This document shows, piece by piece, positions 49,619 through 59,364 of a DNA stretch of 64,000 bases. The DNA lies in contig JAEOTZ010000071.1 of the NCBI GenBank assembly GCA_016839585.1, positions 1-64,000 on the forward strand, given 5' to 3'. Both the position numbers and the translations under genes were made by a program. Source of the DNA: Promethearchaeota archaeon. Its GTDB lineage: Archaea; Asgardarchaeota; Lokiarchaeia; Sigyniarchaeales; SOKP01. How positions within the stretch are numbered: position 1 is the first letter of the stretch; every line of letters starts with the position of its first letter. Below the pieces are notes generated by a model. The model saw only the letters and a program-made list of their open reading frames with translations. It was not told where the DNA came from and did no database searches.

Positions 49619-51148
49619 ATGGCAATACCTCTACCCGGAACGCCAATTATAATTGACATTGGTTCAGCATATGTAAAAATTGGTTTTGCTGGAGAACCTA
49701 GTCCTAGATTTGTATTCCCATGCATTACTGGAACAGAAAAATATAAAGCTGTATTAGTTGACGTTGGAGCGCGCAGTATATATGTCGGAAATGATGCAGA
49801 ACGTATGAGGGGCGTGTTAAAGATAAAATATCCAATACAGAGAGGCACAATTATGGATTGGGATAGTTATTATGAGATCTTAAATTATATCTTTTACACA
49901 TTATTAAGAATTGACAACCTCTATGAATATCCTGTTTTTTATACTGAAGCGCCATTCGTACAAAAAGAAACTAAGGAATATATTGCAAGAGTTCTATTTG
50001 AAACGCATAGAGTTAAAAGTTTAATGATGATGCCAACACCATTATTGTCAATATTTAGTGTTGGTCTTACATCAGGTTTGGTTATAGAAAGTGGTGATGG
50101 ATTAACCTGGGTTGTTCCAGTTGTTAATGGAAAAATAGTCCATCAAGCAGTCCAACAGCTAAAGCTTGCGGGTGTTGATGTTAATCAAAACTTAAAAAAT
50201 CTATTAATGAGGGAAGGGATAAGCATAGCATCTTCGGCAGTCGATGAAATAGTTAGGGTAATTAAGGAAAAAAATTGTCATTTCATTTTAGATCCACAAA
50301 AATCTCCTGCTACAAGGGATAAATTAAGTTATTCTATGCCTGATGGGGCGAGTTTAAATATCCCTAGCCATGTCCTCCATGAAGCTCCTGAAGTTTTATT
50401 TAATCCTAGTATATTAGGATATGGTAATGTTCTAAGCATTCAAGAAGCTATTATTACTTGTTTAAAAATTATGGATAAACAATATTGGAGTGAACTTTTA
50501 TCTCATATAGTATTTTCAGGAGGAAATCTTTCATATAGTGGTTTTCAAGAAAGATTTGAATCAGAATTAGATAAACTTCTCCCCCAGTTAGGGCGTATTC
50601 CTAAACCAGTTACTCCAATGTCTGTTGTTAAAAGTGAATTAATAAAATTACAAGCAATAGAAATTAAGAAGAAAAAAGAAGATACATGTCCTCAATGTGG
50701 AGCTTATGTGGATTTAAGCACAGGACTAGAATATTGCCCTTCTTGTAACGCTCGAATGGTAGTACCTGAAATAAAAATTGGTCCTGAAGTAGAGAAAGAA
50801 AAAAAAATGGAAAAAGGAATCACGGTTAGATGCCCAAAATGCAAAAAAGAAATAAAAGATCCTTCCTCGATTTTCTGCCCTTATTGTGGAAGAGCCATCG
50901 AGGAATTAGAGAAGGTCGGTATTCCCGAAAAAGTTAGTAAAAAAACTCCTGCTCAAGAATTTTCTGAATTTTTTGAATCTGCAAATAAACTCCTTAGATT
51001 TTTTGTTCCAGATAATCTTCAATATGCAATTTTTAATGGAGCAGCGATTTTAGGTAGTCTCCCTAGTTTTTTACAACTTTTTATTACTCATGAACAATTC
51101 CAATCTGATAAAAATTTATTATATCGAGATATCAGCGAAATACTTTAA
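49619..51148 (+). CDS. Actin-related protein with a zinc-ribbon insertion
   Basis: DIGSAYVKIGFAGE..PRFVFP, KYPIQRG, TEAP, ESGDG, EAPEVLFNPS, IVFSGG, GAAILGSL; insertion with four CxxC pairs. Confidence 0.93.
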   Translation: MAIPLPGTPIIIDIGSAYVKIGFAGEPSPRFVFPCITGTEKYKAVLVDVGARSIYVGNDAERMRGVLKIKYPIQRGTIMDWDSYYEILNYIFYTLLRIDNLYEYPVFYTEAPFVQKETKEYIARVLFETHRVKSLMMMPTPLLSIFSVGLTSGLVIESGDGLTWVVPVVNGKIVHQAVQQLKLAGVDVNQNLKNLLMREGISIASSAVDEIVRVIKEKNCHFILDPQKSPATRDKLSYSMPDGASLNIPSHVLHEAPEVLFNPSILGYGNVLSIQEAIITCLKIMDKQYWSELLSHIVFSGGNLSYSGFQERFESELDKLLPQLGRIPKPVTPMSVVKSELIKLQAIEIKKKKEDTCPQCGAYVDLSTGLEYCPSCNARMVVPEIKIGPEVEKEKKMEKGITVRCPKCKKEIKDPSSIFCPYCGRAIEELEKVGIPEKVSKKTPAQEFSEFFESANKLLRFFVPDNLQYAIFNGAAILGSLPSFLQLFITHEQFQSDKNLLYRDISEIL

Positions 51149-51338
51149 ACTTATAAATAATTTTTTCAGATTTTTTATACAAAAAAATCTCTATATATAA
51201 ATCTCATCTCAATATTTAATATTCTTTTACGTTGAAATTTTGATATAAAATCAATTAATTATAGTAATAATTATATTTCAAGTTAAATTTTAGAAATTAA
51301 AATTTAGTTATTCAGAATCATATTAAGGTTTTCTATAA

Positions 51339-52451
51339 TTGAAGAGTAAATATCTGAACCTAATTGTTATTGTTCTAGTACTCATATTTTTATTAAGTGC
51401 AATTCCTGCGGTTTTAGGTAAATCCCGCAAAAGTTACTTAATTGATTTTGTATATAGTAATGAAATTGAAGGTTATGGATTTTCAAATTCTAAGGATAAT
51501 GGTGAAACTCTTTCATTTGAAGCTACTGCTTATGCATTACAAATCTTAGATTCCTCTGGAAGGAATCCTCATGATGCTTCTTTACTTAAGGAAAATTTAA
51601 AAGAGAATATAACAGAGATACTTAATGAAGAAGTACTTATTTATGATTTATATTTTCTATTAAAATCACTTGAAATTTTAGAAGAAGAAGTTTCCATCGA
51701 TACCGCTTTAAAAAATAGAATTTTTGAATATCTTAATCAAACTGAGCAGGTTGGAGGGGGTTTTTCTATATCGAATACATCTACTTCGGTTAGTTTAAGT
51801 TCGACTTATTTTGTTATTCAAATCTATTCTTTAATTAATGAATCTGTCACTATTCATAAAGATATAACTTTACATAAAAATTGGGTATTATCTTGTAATA
51901 ATACTGATGGCGGTTATGGTGGAAATAGCAGCTTATCCTCCACATTGTTAAGTACTTATTATGCTGCTTCAATTTTAACTGATTTAGGATTCAGTCTAGT
52001 AGATGACCTAGTTAATGTTAGTCAGACTCTAGATTATTTTAAATCATTTTATGTAAACAATACGGGTGATATAAATAATTATGGGGGGTATTTACCTGAT
52101 GATTTGGCTATATTTGCTTTACTAAGCAGTACGTTTTATTGTGTTAATAAAATAGATTTAATTGAACCTCAAGACTTAAATAAGGGTCCCACAGTCAATT
52201 GGGTAATAGATCATCAAAATCTTATAGATGGGGGTTTTGTAGATACCACTTATGGTGATGAAGAAAAATTTTCTTCTATTGTCAGTTCTTATTTCGCTTT
52301 TGAGATCTTAAACATATTTAACTCTTTAAGTGTATTAAATGAAGATGTTTGGATGGTAGAGTTTAATTATTGGATTTTAATAGCAGTTTTAGGCAGTATT
52401 GGATTCACTATCTTTCTTATCTATGTTATTTGGCGAAAAAGAAGAGTATAA
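51339..52451 (+). CDS. Secreted, C-terminally anchored prenyltransferase/squalene-oxidase-repeat (alpha-alpha barrel) protein
   Basis: Signal peptide; repeats Q..GGGF, CNNTDGGYG, HQNLIDGGF with ST(Y/F)(Y/F); C-terminal TM followed by RKRR. Confidence 0.8.
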   Translation: MKSKYLNLIVIVLVLIFLLSAIPAVLGKSRKSYLIDFVYSNEIEGYGFSNSKDNGETLSFEATAYALQILDSSGRNPHDASLLKENLKENITEILNEEVLIYDLYFLLKSLEILEEEVSIDTALKNRIFEYLNQTEQVGGGFSISNTSTSVSLSSTYFVIQIYSLINESVTIHKDITLHKNWVLSCNNTDGGYGGNSSLSSTLLSTYYAASILTDLGFSLVDDLVNVSQTLDYFKSFYVNNTGDINNYGGYLPDDLAIFALLSSTFYCVNKIDLIEPQDLNKGPTVNWVIDHQNLIDGGFVDTTYGDEEKFSSIVSSYFAFEILNIFNSLSVLNEDVWMVEFNYWILIAVLGSIGFTIFLIYVIWRKRRV

Positions 52452-52548
52452 ATCTCTTTCATTACTCTTTATGACTATATTAATAATCTCATTTAAATTT
52501 AGGGAAAGTTTCAAAAGTTTTGATATTATCAATTAAAATTATTTTTTA

Positions 52549-53415
52549 ATGATGGAAAATAAAATTCTAAATGGAAGAAATTTAGCAGATAAGTTAAATT
52601 TAGAATTAAAAAAAGAAATTAATAAATTAGTTAAAAAAACAAGAATCAAACCTAAACTAGCCGCGATATTAGTTGGTGAAGATCCAGCTTCAGAAATTTA
52701 TGTTAATATTAAACGAAAAAAGTGTGCTGAGGCAGGTATTGAATCTATCTTAGTTAAATTGAATAAAGAAATTTCAAATGAAGAGTTATTAAATGAAATT
52801 GATAAATTAAATAAGGATAAAACTGTTCATGGTATTATTTTACAATTACCTCTTCCAAATAAATTACGTGAGAGTACAAATGAATTCATAGAAAAGATAT
52901 TTCCTCTTAAAGATGTAGATGGTTCTAGTCCTATTAACAAAGGTATGCTTTTTGATTATAATGAAGAATTGGCAGCATGTACTCCTAAAGGTATTATAGC
53001 TTTACTCGAATATTATAATATAGATCTTAAAGGAAAAGATGTAGTTATTATTAATCGTTCCAATCTAGTAGGGAAACCACTACTTTTCATGCTTTTAAAA
53101 CGAAACGCAACTGTAACGGTTTGTCATACATCAACAAAGAATATAGAGGAACATATGAGAAGATCTGATATATTAATAGTAGCAGTAGGAATTCCAAATT
53201 TTATAACTCAGGAGAAAATAAAAAAAGGAGCTATAATTATTGATGTCGGACAAAGTAGAGTTGAAGGGAAATTATTTGGAGACGTTGATTTTGATGATGT
53301 TCTTGAAAAATGCGCAGCGATAACCCCAACTCCTGGGGGAGTAGGACCTCTTACGGTAGCCTTTTTGCTCCAAAATACTTTCATTGCATATAAAAAACAA
53401 ATAACAATTTATTAA
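52549..53415 (+). CDS. folD: Methylenetetrahydrofolate dehydrogenase/cyclohydrolase
   Basis: LVGEDPAS.IYV..K, LQLPLP, KDVDG, CTPKG, RSNLVGKP, GDVDF, PGGVGP. Confidence 0.96.
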   Translation: MMENKILNGRNLADKLNLELKKEINKLVKKTRIKPKLAAILVGEDPASEIYVNIKRKKCAEAGIESILVKLNKEISNEELLNEIDKLNKDKTVHGIILQLPLPNKLRESTNEFIEKIFPLKDVDGSSPINKGMLFDYNEELAACTPKGIIALLEYYNIDLKGKDVVIINRSNLVGKPLLFMLLKRNATVTVCHTSTKNIEEHMRRSDILIVAVGIPNFITQEKIKKGAIIIDVGQSRVEGKLFGDVDFDDVLEKCAAITPTPGGVGPLTVAFLLQNTFIAYKKQITIY

Positions 53416-53518
53416 TTAATGGTTTAAAAAGAAATAGAAATAAATATATTAATTATTAATATAAAACATATAATCTTACTAAAGTAAGATCTTATACTCA
53501 AAAAAAAAAATCTGAATT

Positions 53519-53974
53519 ATGGCTATCCTTGAAGTGGGCGTGAATTTAGGCACTAAGAATCTTATCGAAATTAAATACTATTCTTCCTCAGATAATGTTT
53601 TGGATGCCGATTTAAGAGCAGGATTCCTTTCTGCTTTAGAATCCTTCACATCTGAAGTCTTTGGTGACAATATAAATGTAGTATCTCTTGCCTCATTTAA
53701 ATTAGTCTGCTATTCGGAAATGATTGCTTTACCAGGGGATGATCCTAATAATAAGCAACCTATATTATCTTATGCCATAATTGAAAAAGAAACAGACACA
53801 ACAATGGTTAAACAATATTTGACTGAAATTTTATCTTATTTTCTTAATAGATATTCTCTCAATGATATCTTTGAAAAAAAATATAAATACTTTAAAACAT
53901 TTGAGAGTCGAATCAATGAAATTTTAGGCGATTTAAAACTAAAAACAGAAGATAGATTCCGATCTATATTTTAA
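53519..53974 (+). CDS. Stand-alone longin-like domain protein
   Basis: LDADLRAGFLSALESFTSEVFG helix matches the longin-like segments of two other proteins in the window; ends FKTFESRINEIL. Confidence 0.6.
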   Translation: MAILEVGVNLGTKNLIEIKYYSSSDNVLDADLRAGFLSALESFTSEVFGDNINVVSLASFKLVCYSEMIALPGDDPNNKQPILSYAIIEKETDTTMVKQYLTEILSYFLNRYSLNDIFEKKYKYFKTFESRINEILGDLKLKTEDRFRSIF

Positions 53975-53995
53975 TCAACTTATAGAGGTTTTAAT

Positions 53996-55195
53996 TTGAG
54001 CTCTAATTTACCACCTCAAGCTAAAGTCAAATATCAAGAGTATTTAGATGCTGGTTCTTTAGAGGAAAGAATAAAAAAACTTGAGGAATTTTTATCTTTA
54101 GTTCCTAAACATAAAGCTACAGAAAAAATAGTAGCGCTAAATCGCTCTCGCTTAGCTAAATTGAAAAAAGAATTTGAAAAAAAGCGACATAAACAAAAAA
54201 GTACTCAAAAAATTATATCTCCCTTTTCAATAAAGAAAGAAGGAATTCAAATAATCCTAATCAGTGATTTCCATATACCTGGAGCTGGTAAAACTTCTCT
54301 TTTAAATTATCTAACTGGCGCTGCGAAAGAAAAGATTGGTAAATTTACCCCAATTCCAGAAATAGGAATTTACGAATATAATAAAATTAGATATCAAATT
54401 GTTGATATGCCTTCAATAATGGAGGGGGCTTCAAATGGAATTGGAAATGGTAAGGAAATTCTTTCTCAGCTAAGATCTTGCGATTTAATTTGCGTTTGTA
54501 TTGATTTATCACGCAATTATGAAGAACAAATGAACCTATTATTAAATGAATTAAATAACGCAAATATAAGGATAAATATTCCTCCACCACCAATAACAAT
54601 TGAAAAAACAGGTTCTAATAAAATTCAAGTCTTATACTTGACAAGTGAAGCAAAAAACATTAATGAAAATCTTGATGAATTAACTGAAAGAATAAAAGAA
54701 ATCGTTCATGAAGGTGGCCTCAGAAATGCAATAGTCAGGGTTTATGGTAGAATTACACTTGAAAAAGTTGTTGATGCACTAAATCCTTCAATAGTTTATA
54801 AAAAAGCAATTATAATTGGAACAAAGGGGGATCTAGCTCATACTCAAGAAGTATTTGAAAATTTAAAAAAATTATATTCAGAAACATTTCCAATAATCAT
54901 TGGAACTAGTGTAAAAAAAAGTGAATTTCCAGATAATTTTGGCGAAATTTTACTAAAATATTTGGATAAAATAAGAATCTACACTATGAATTCTGGAATA
55001 ATTGCAGAAAAGCCATTAATTATCGATAAAGAAAATGCTACTGTAAAAGAGGTTGCAAATAAAATCCATAGAAGTTTTGTTGAGTTATTCGATCATGCAA
55101 TAATAATCAGAGAAGCAGATCGCCAAAAGCGTAAAAAAGTAGGTACAGAATATCAATTAAAAGATAATGATGTTATTGAACTACACTTAATTTAA
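53996..55195 (+). CDS. DRG/OBG-family GTPase with a TGS domain
   Basis: PKHKATEK, GAGKTS, FT..P..G, QIVDMP, G.G.GKE, TKGD, KIHRSF, L.DND. Confidence 0.88.
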   Translation: MSSNLPPQAKVKYQEYLDAGSLEERIKKLEEFLSLVPKHKATEKIVALNRSRLAKLKKEFEKKRHKQKSTQKIISPFSIKKEGIQIILISDFHIPGAGKTSLLNYLTGAAKEKIGKFTPIPEIGIYEYNKIRYQIVDMPSIMEGASNGIGNGKEILSQLRSCDLICVCIDLSRNYEEQMNLLLNELNNANIRINIPPPPITIEKTGSNKIQVLYLTSEAKNINENLDELTERIKEIVHEGGLRNAIVRVYGRITLEKVVDALNPSIVYKKAIIIGTKGDLAHTQEVFENLKKLYSETFPIIIGTSVKKSEFPDNFGEILLKYLDKIRIYTMNSGIIAEKPLIIDKENATVKEVANKIHRSFVELFDHAIIIREADRQKRKKVGTEYQLKDNDVIELHLI

Positions 55196-55198
55196 TTT

Positions 55199-56146
55199 TT
55201 AATTTAAATAATCCTCAATAGCATCATTCATATTCAGGATTGAAGATATGGTAGTAGTAAGCTCCTCATCAGTAATCTCTTCTTTATTAATTAACTTTAA
55301 AGCTAAATCTCTATACTCCATCCAATTGCTTTTTGAAGATATAAGCTTTAACTTAGTAGAAAACGAGTATAAATTAATATAAATATCCTTATAATCACCA
55401 TCACGAATAGCTTTGGAACCCATTCCTTCAATTGTAGCTGATAATGATGTTTTTACTTTATTTAAATAATAATTCAATTTAAGCTTTGTATCCTTATATA
55501 AACCTTTAAGTTTTTTTAATTCCTCTTGATAAACCATAAAAAATCTTTCATCTCTTAATCGTTCGCATAATTTAAGTATTCGTTCTACAATTAGTAATTT
55601 CTCAATAATCGCTGCTTTATTGAATTTTTCAATAAGTAATTCTCTTTCTTGAATGATAACCTTCTTTTCTTGTACAGAAAGATCCTTCCTATGTGACCAA
55701 ATTGTTTTTAGAAAATGTTCTGGTTTTTCAAGTAACGATGTTCCTTCTTTTAATTTCTTGTTAGATAATATCAATTCTGAAAGAGGTTTATCTAAAATCT
55801 TTAGATCTTTTTCATTTTCGTCCCAATCGAGAATATTTTGTTTAAGTTTTAATAAAACTTTTATAAATTTAGGAATTAATTTAGTAATATTTTTATAATC
55901 TTGTTTATCTGCAATAATTACTAAATCTGTTTCAATTTTCTCCAAAGATGTTATATATACTGTATAGTCACCTAACTCAATATTCTTTAATTCTTTTGAA
56001 CCTTCAAGAACTAATTCTGAAATAAAGCTTTTTATAGCTGAAAAAAAGCTACTAAATATTTCCATCTTTCCAGAGTCAATATCTTGGAAATTTTTTTCAT
56101 ACATCAATGAACCGGAACGGCTAAAAAGAAATATAGAATAAAGCAT
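55199..56146 (-). CDS. Protein with an N-terminal longin-like domain and a helical C-terminus
   Basis: MLYSIFLFSRSGSLMYEKNF...FSSFFSAIKSFISEL...LKNIELGDY. Confidence 0.65.
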   Translation of the reverse strand: MLYSIFLFSRSGSLMYEKNFQDIDSGKMEIFSSFFSAIKSFISELVLEGSKELKNIELGDYTVYITSLEKIETDLVIIADKQDYKNITKLIPKFIKVLLKLKQNILDWDENEKDLKILDKPLSELILSNKKLKEGTSLLEKPEHFLKTIWSHRKDLSVQEKKVIIQERELLIEKFNKAAIIEKLLIVERILKLCERLRDERFFMVYQEELKKLKGLYKDTKLKLNYYLNKVKTSLSATIEGMGSKAIRDGDYKDIYINLYSFSTKLKLISSKSNWMEYRDLALKLINKEEITDEELTTTISSILNMNDAIEDYLN

Positions 56147-56240
56147 AAAATCTTTGAGTTAAATTTTAATTTTCCCAATAAAATCTTATTGAATGATAAT
56201 ATTAATTAATAAATTTTTACGATATAATAAATTTATATAC

Positions 56241-58907
56241 TTAATATTTGATGCCCTCAATTATTTTAGGGATTTCAGAAAGTTCTTTTTTATATTTGAT
56301 ATTTAAATTCATTATTCCTTCTATAATGTTTTTCATACTCTCCAAACTGTAGATTAAATTTTCTAAATAATCAATAACATCCCCCTTAAATACAATTATT
56401 TTATATTTATCATTTAAATAACTAGAGATCCCTTCTATAGACAAGTTTTCATTAATTCGTAGATTTAGAATTATCTTTTCAAGTCTCAATCTCCCACAAT
56501 CACAATAGGGATTATCTTTACAATTACAATTGAATATATCCCCTGTTAACTTCGTTATAAATTCAATAAATTCATTAGAAAATGTTTTTCGTTTTTTCAC
56601 ATAATCGGCATTCATCAATGACAATACACTAGCACTAAATAAATTATTTGAGAGATATTTCATACTAACATTTTTAGCCAAATCAGCGACAACTTTTTTA
56701 GCTAAATATACATTTTTAATTGGTTTGATTTCAAGGGCAATTTCATTAATAGATTTCTCATTCTTTTTTATAATTTCTATAATTTCTAAACAATACTCAA
56801 TTTTTAAGAAGGATTTAGTAATAGCTTGCCCTAATTGTGTTGATTTAAGAAGAAAATTTTCTTTTATTCTTATCAATTTCAGAGAATTTAGTTTTTTTAG
56901 AAAAGAGTCTAAATCGAAGTTATCATTGATTAAATATGAATAGAACTCATAAATTTTATCTTTTGTAATTCCCTCTTTAAAAACTGAAATAAATGCTAAA
57001 ATTTCGGTAAGAGATTTATCATCGTTAGGAGATAACTCGAAATCTTTGATTTTTCCATTTAATAATTTTATTGCAATATTTTCTTCGGTTTCTTTCATTT
57101 TCGGAGAATAAAGTTTTCCAGGTTCTACAAGAACATACACAAGCCCTAATTCATGCTTTTTTAATCTGCCAGCTCTTCCTAACATCTGCTCAAATTCTGC
57201 CACTGATAACCAATTTATTCCCATCGCTAAAGATTCAAAGATAACCTGTCTTGCGGGGAGATCTACTCCTGCTGCTAATGCTGCAGTAGCAACTACACCT
57301 GTGATTTCTTGTGCCTGAAACTCTGTTTCAATAATTTTTCTTTCTTCATTTGTTAATCCAGAATGATAAGCTCTTACTTTAATTCCTTTTGTATGAAAAT
57401 ATTGTGTTAGAGACTCACATTTCTTTCTTGTGTTTGTAAAAATTATTGATTGTCCTTTATACCCATATATTGATCTTTTTGAAAAAGCATTTCTGACAAT
57501 TCTTGCAATAAATTTTTGTTTAATTGTTTCATTTAAGCATAATAATAAATGGCGTTCGATAGGAACGGGTCTATTGTTGTACATAATTAATTCGCAATTT
57601 AAATTTTCTGCTAGAAGCTCTGGTTCTCCAACTGTAGCACTTAAATATAAAAATTGAGCTTCATAAAGAGTTTTTAGGCGAGCAATAAAACCATCCAAAA
57701 GAAAACCCCTCTCAGGGTCTATAAGGGTTTGAACTTCGTCGATAATAATAGTTCCAATATTTCCTAATTTTCCTTTACTACCGCTTCTTAATATATAATC
57801 AATGGCTTCATATGTCGCTATAATAATATCCGCATTAATTAAATCATCGATATTGTGATCCTCCTTCTTTTCAAATAAAGATTCTCCTACTCTTTTAAGA
57901 ATTTTTAAGCCTAAAGGTTTATATCCCTGTTTAAACTCTTCAGTTCTTATATTGGCTAAAGCTACTATTGGAACTAGATACAACATTTTATGATTTTTAT
58001 CTTTAAGTAATTTCGAAACACCTGCTAACTCACCTACTAATGTCTTACCAGCCGATGTAGGTGCCATAATCAATTGATCATTGTATTTTGCTAAGAGACC
58101 CTTTTCAATTGCAATTGCTTGAATTGGTAATAATGTAGAAATATTCTGATTTTTTAGTAATTTCTTAAATGATGGATTAATATCTAATGTTTCTATGTTA
58201 TAATTAAGATATTTTTTACTGATAATAGGACTTTTCTCTATATCATACAAAGTTATATCTCTATTTGAAATTGGATTAAAGTCAGATTTGAATGCCGAAA
58301 TAACTTTTCTGATATCCTTAAATTTCAATATCATATGCTGAAAGAAATTCTTTAATTTAGGACTAACTTGTCCTTCTGAGAATAAACCTGAGAGTTTTGC
58401 TTGCCTAAGAATAATATCATATGCACAATCAGAACATATAATTTGATTTTTTAAAGATTTAATTTGAAAGCCCTCATTTAAAATTGTAAATTTCTGTTCA
58501 TCTAAACATGAATTACAGAATGTTAAATTAACTATCTTATTCTTATCAAATTGAAAATTAGTCAACATTTCTTTTACTGGTATAAAGTCTTCCGAAGGAG
58601 TTTGACTCGAAAAAGCAATGAATTTGTTCTCATCAGATAGTAAAAATTTCTTAAAAATACGTGGATTTACAGGGTTTATTGCTCCATCCTTGTCAATTTT
58701 ATTAAAATTTAATGGGCGCATTTTATTCTTGAAATCTAGCCCAAATATAACGGTTCCTCTAAAAAATGGTTCATTTACATAAGAAAAATTAAAATTTTTT
58801 TGCTTAAATGATTTTAAATAAAAGAAATTTACATTGAAAATTAATTCCTTCTTAGATTCACGATTTTTATCTAAAACCATGAAAAACTTCTTTAAAGGAA
58901 AAGTCAA
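56241..58907 (-). CDS. Archaeal superfamily II helicase (COG1202/DUF5814-like)
   Basis: APTSAGKT, DEVQ, LSAT, YHSGL, TAALAAGVDLPA, QMLGRAGR, C-terminal C.C..NPYC.CG. Confidence 0.9.
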   Translation of the reverse strand: MTFPLKKFFMVLDKNRESKKELIFNVNFFYLKSFKQKNFNFSYVNEPFFRGTVIFGLDFKNKMRPLNFNKIDKDGAINPVNPRIFKKFLLSDENKFIAFSSQTPSEDFIPVKEMLTNFQFDKNKIVNLTFCNSCLDEQKFTILNEGFQIKSLKNQIICSDCAYDIILRQAKLSGLFSEGQVSPKLKNFFQHMILKFKDIRKVISAFKSDFNPISNRDITLYDIEKSPIISKKYLNYNIETLDINPSFKKLLKNQNISTLLPIQAIAIEKGLLAKYNDQLIMAPTSAGKTLVGELAGVSKLLKDKNHKMLYLVPIVALANIRTEEFKQGYKPLGLKILKRVGESLFEKKEDHNIDDLINADIIIATYEAIDYILRSGSKGKLGNIGTIIIDEVQTLIDPERGFLLDGFIARLKTLYEAQFLYLSATVGEPELLAENLNCELIMYNNRPVPIERHLLLCLNETIKQKFIARIVRNAFSKRSIYGYKGQSIIFTNTRKKCESLTQYFHTKGIKVRAYHSGLTNEERKIIETEFQAQEITGVVATAALAAGVDLPARQVIFESLAMGINWLSVAEFEQMLGRAGRLKKHELGLVYVLVEPGKLYSPKMKETEENIAIKLLNGKIKDFELSPNDDKSLTEILAFISVFKEGITKDKIYEFYSYLINDNFDLDSFLKKLNSLKLIRIKENFLLKSTQLGQAITKSFLKIEYCLEIIEIIKKNEKSINEIALEIKPIKNVYLAKKVVADLAKNVSMKYLSNNLFSASVLSLMNADYVKKRKTFSNEFIEFITKLTGDIFNCNCKDNPYCDCGRLRLEKIILNLRINENLSIEGISSYLNDKYKIIVFKGDVIDYLENLIYSLESMKNIIEGIMNLNIKYKKELSEIPKIIEGIKY

Positions 58908-58964
58908 ATTATAACACTTTTATATTCTACGTATAAACCAGAATAAATAAAATAAAAAATTTCT

Positions 58965-59126
58965 TTAGAATCCAAATACTGCCTTGATTTTATCATAGAT
59001 TTCTTTAATTTCTCTAAGCTTAGCTTCGTCCCCTTGGTTTAAAAAGTGCTCAATCCATTGTTGTAAACCTTTGTTGTTTATCCATTCAAGAAAGTATTCT
59101 ACCGCTTGTCTATCCTCAGCAGACAT
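58965..59126 (-). CDS. Small hypothetical protein (53 aa), absent from the ORF track
   Basis: ATG at 59126 to TAA at 58965: MSAEDRQAVEYFLEWINNKGLQQWIEHFLNQGDEAKLREIKEIYDKIKAVFGF; higher GC than flanks; T-rich tract downstream. Confidence 0.7.
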   Translation of the reverse strand: MSAEDRQAVEYFLEWINNKGLQQWIEHFLNQGDEAKLREIKEIYDKIKAVFGF

Positions 59127-59364
59127 TTTTAAACTTTTTATTCCTAGTTGATTTTTAATTGTTTTAGATTATGAATTCTATTCTATATAAAAATATAAAT
59201 TAATCTATTTTAAAATTAATCTATTTTAAGAATTTGTGTTCTATCATATAATTAAAGATAGAAAAAAATAATCTATTGAAATTGAGAAGGAGTTATAAAT
59301 AATTCTATTTTATATTTTTATAATTTCAATTTATCAAAAAAAAACTTTTTAAAAAAATTCTTAG

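Noticed and set aside
51339-52451. A Rab geranylgeranyltransferase acting on the GTPase at 17489
   Set aside because: The barrel appears secreted and membrane-anchored, and the GTPase has no C-terminal cysteine
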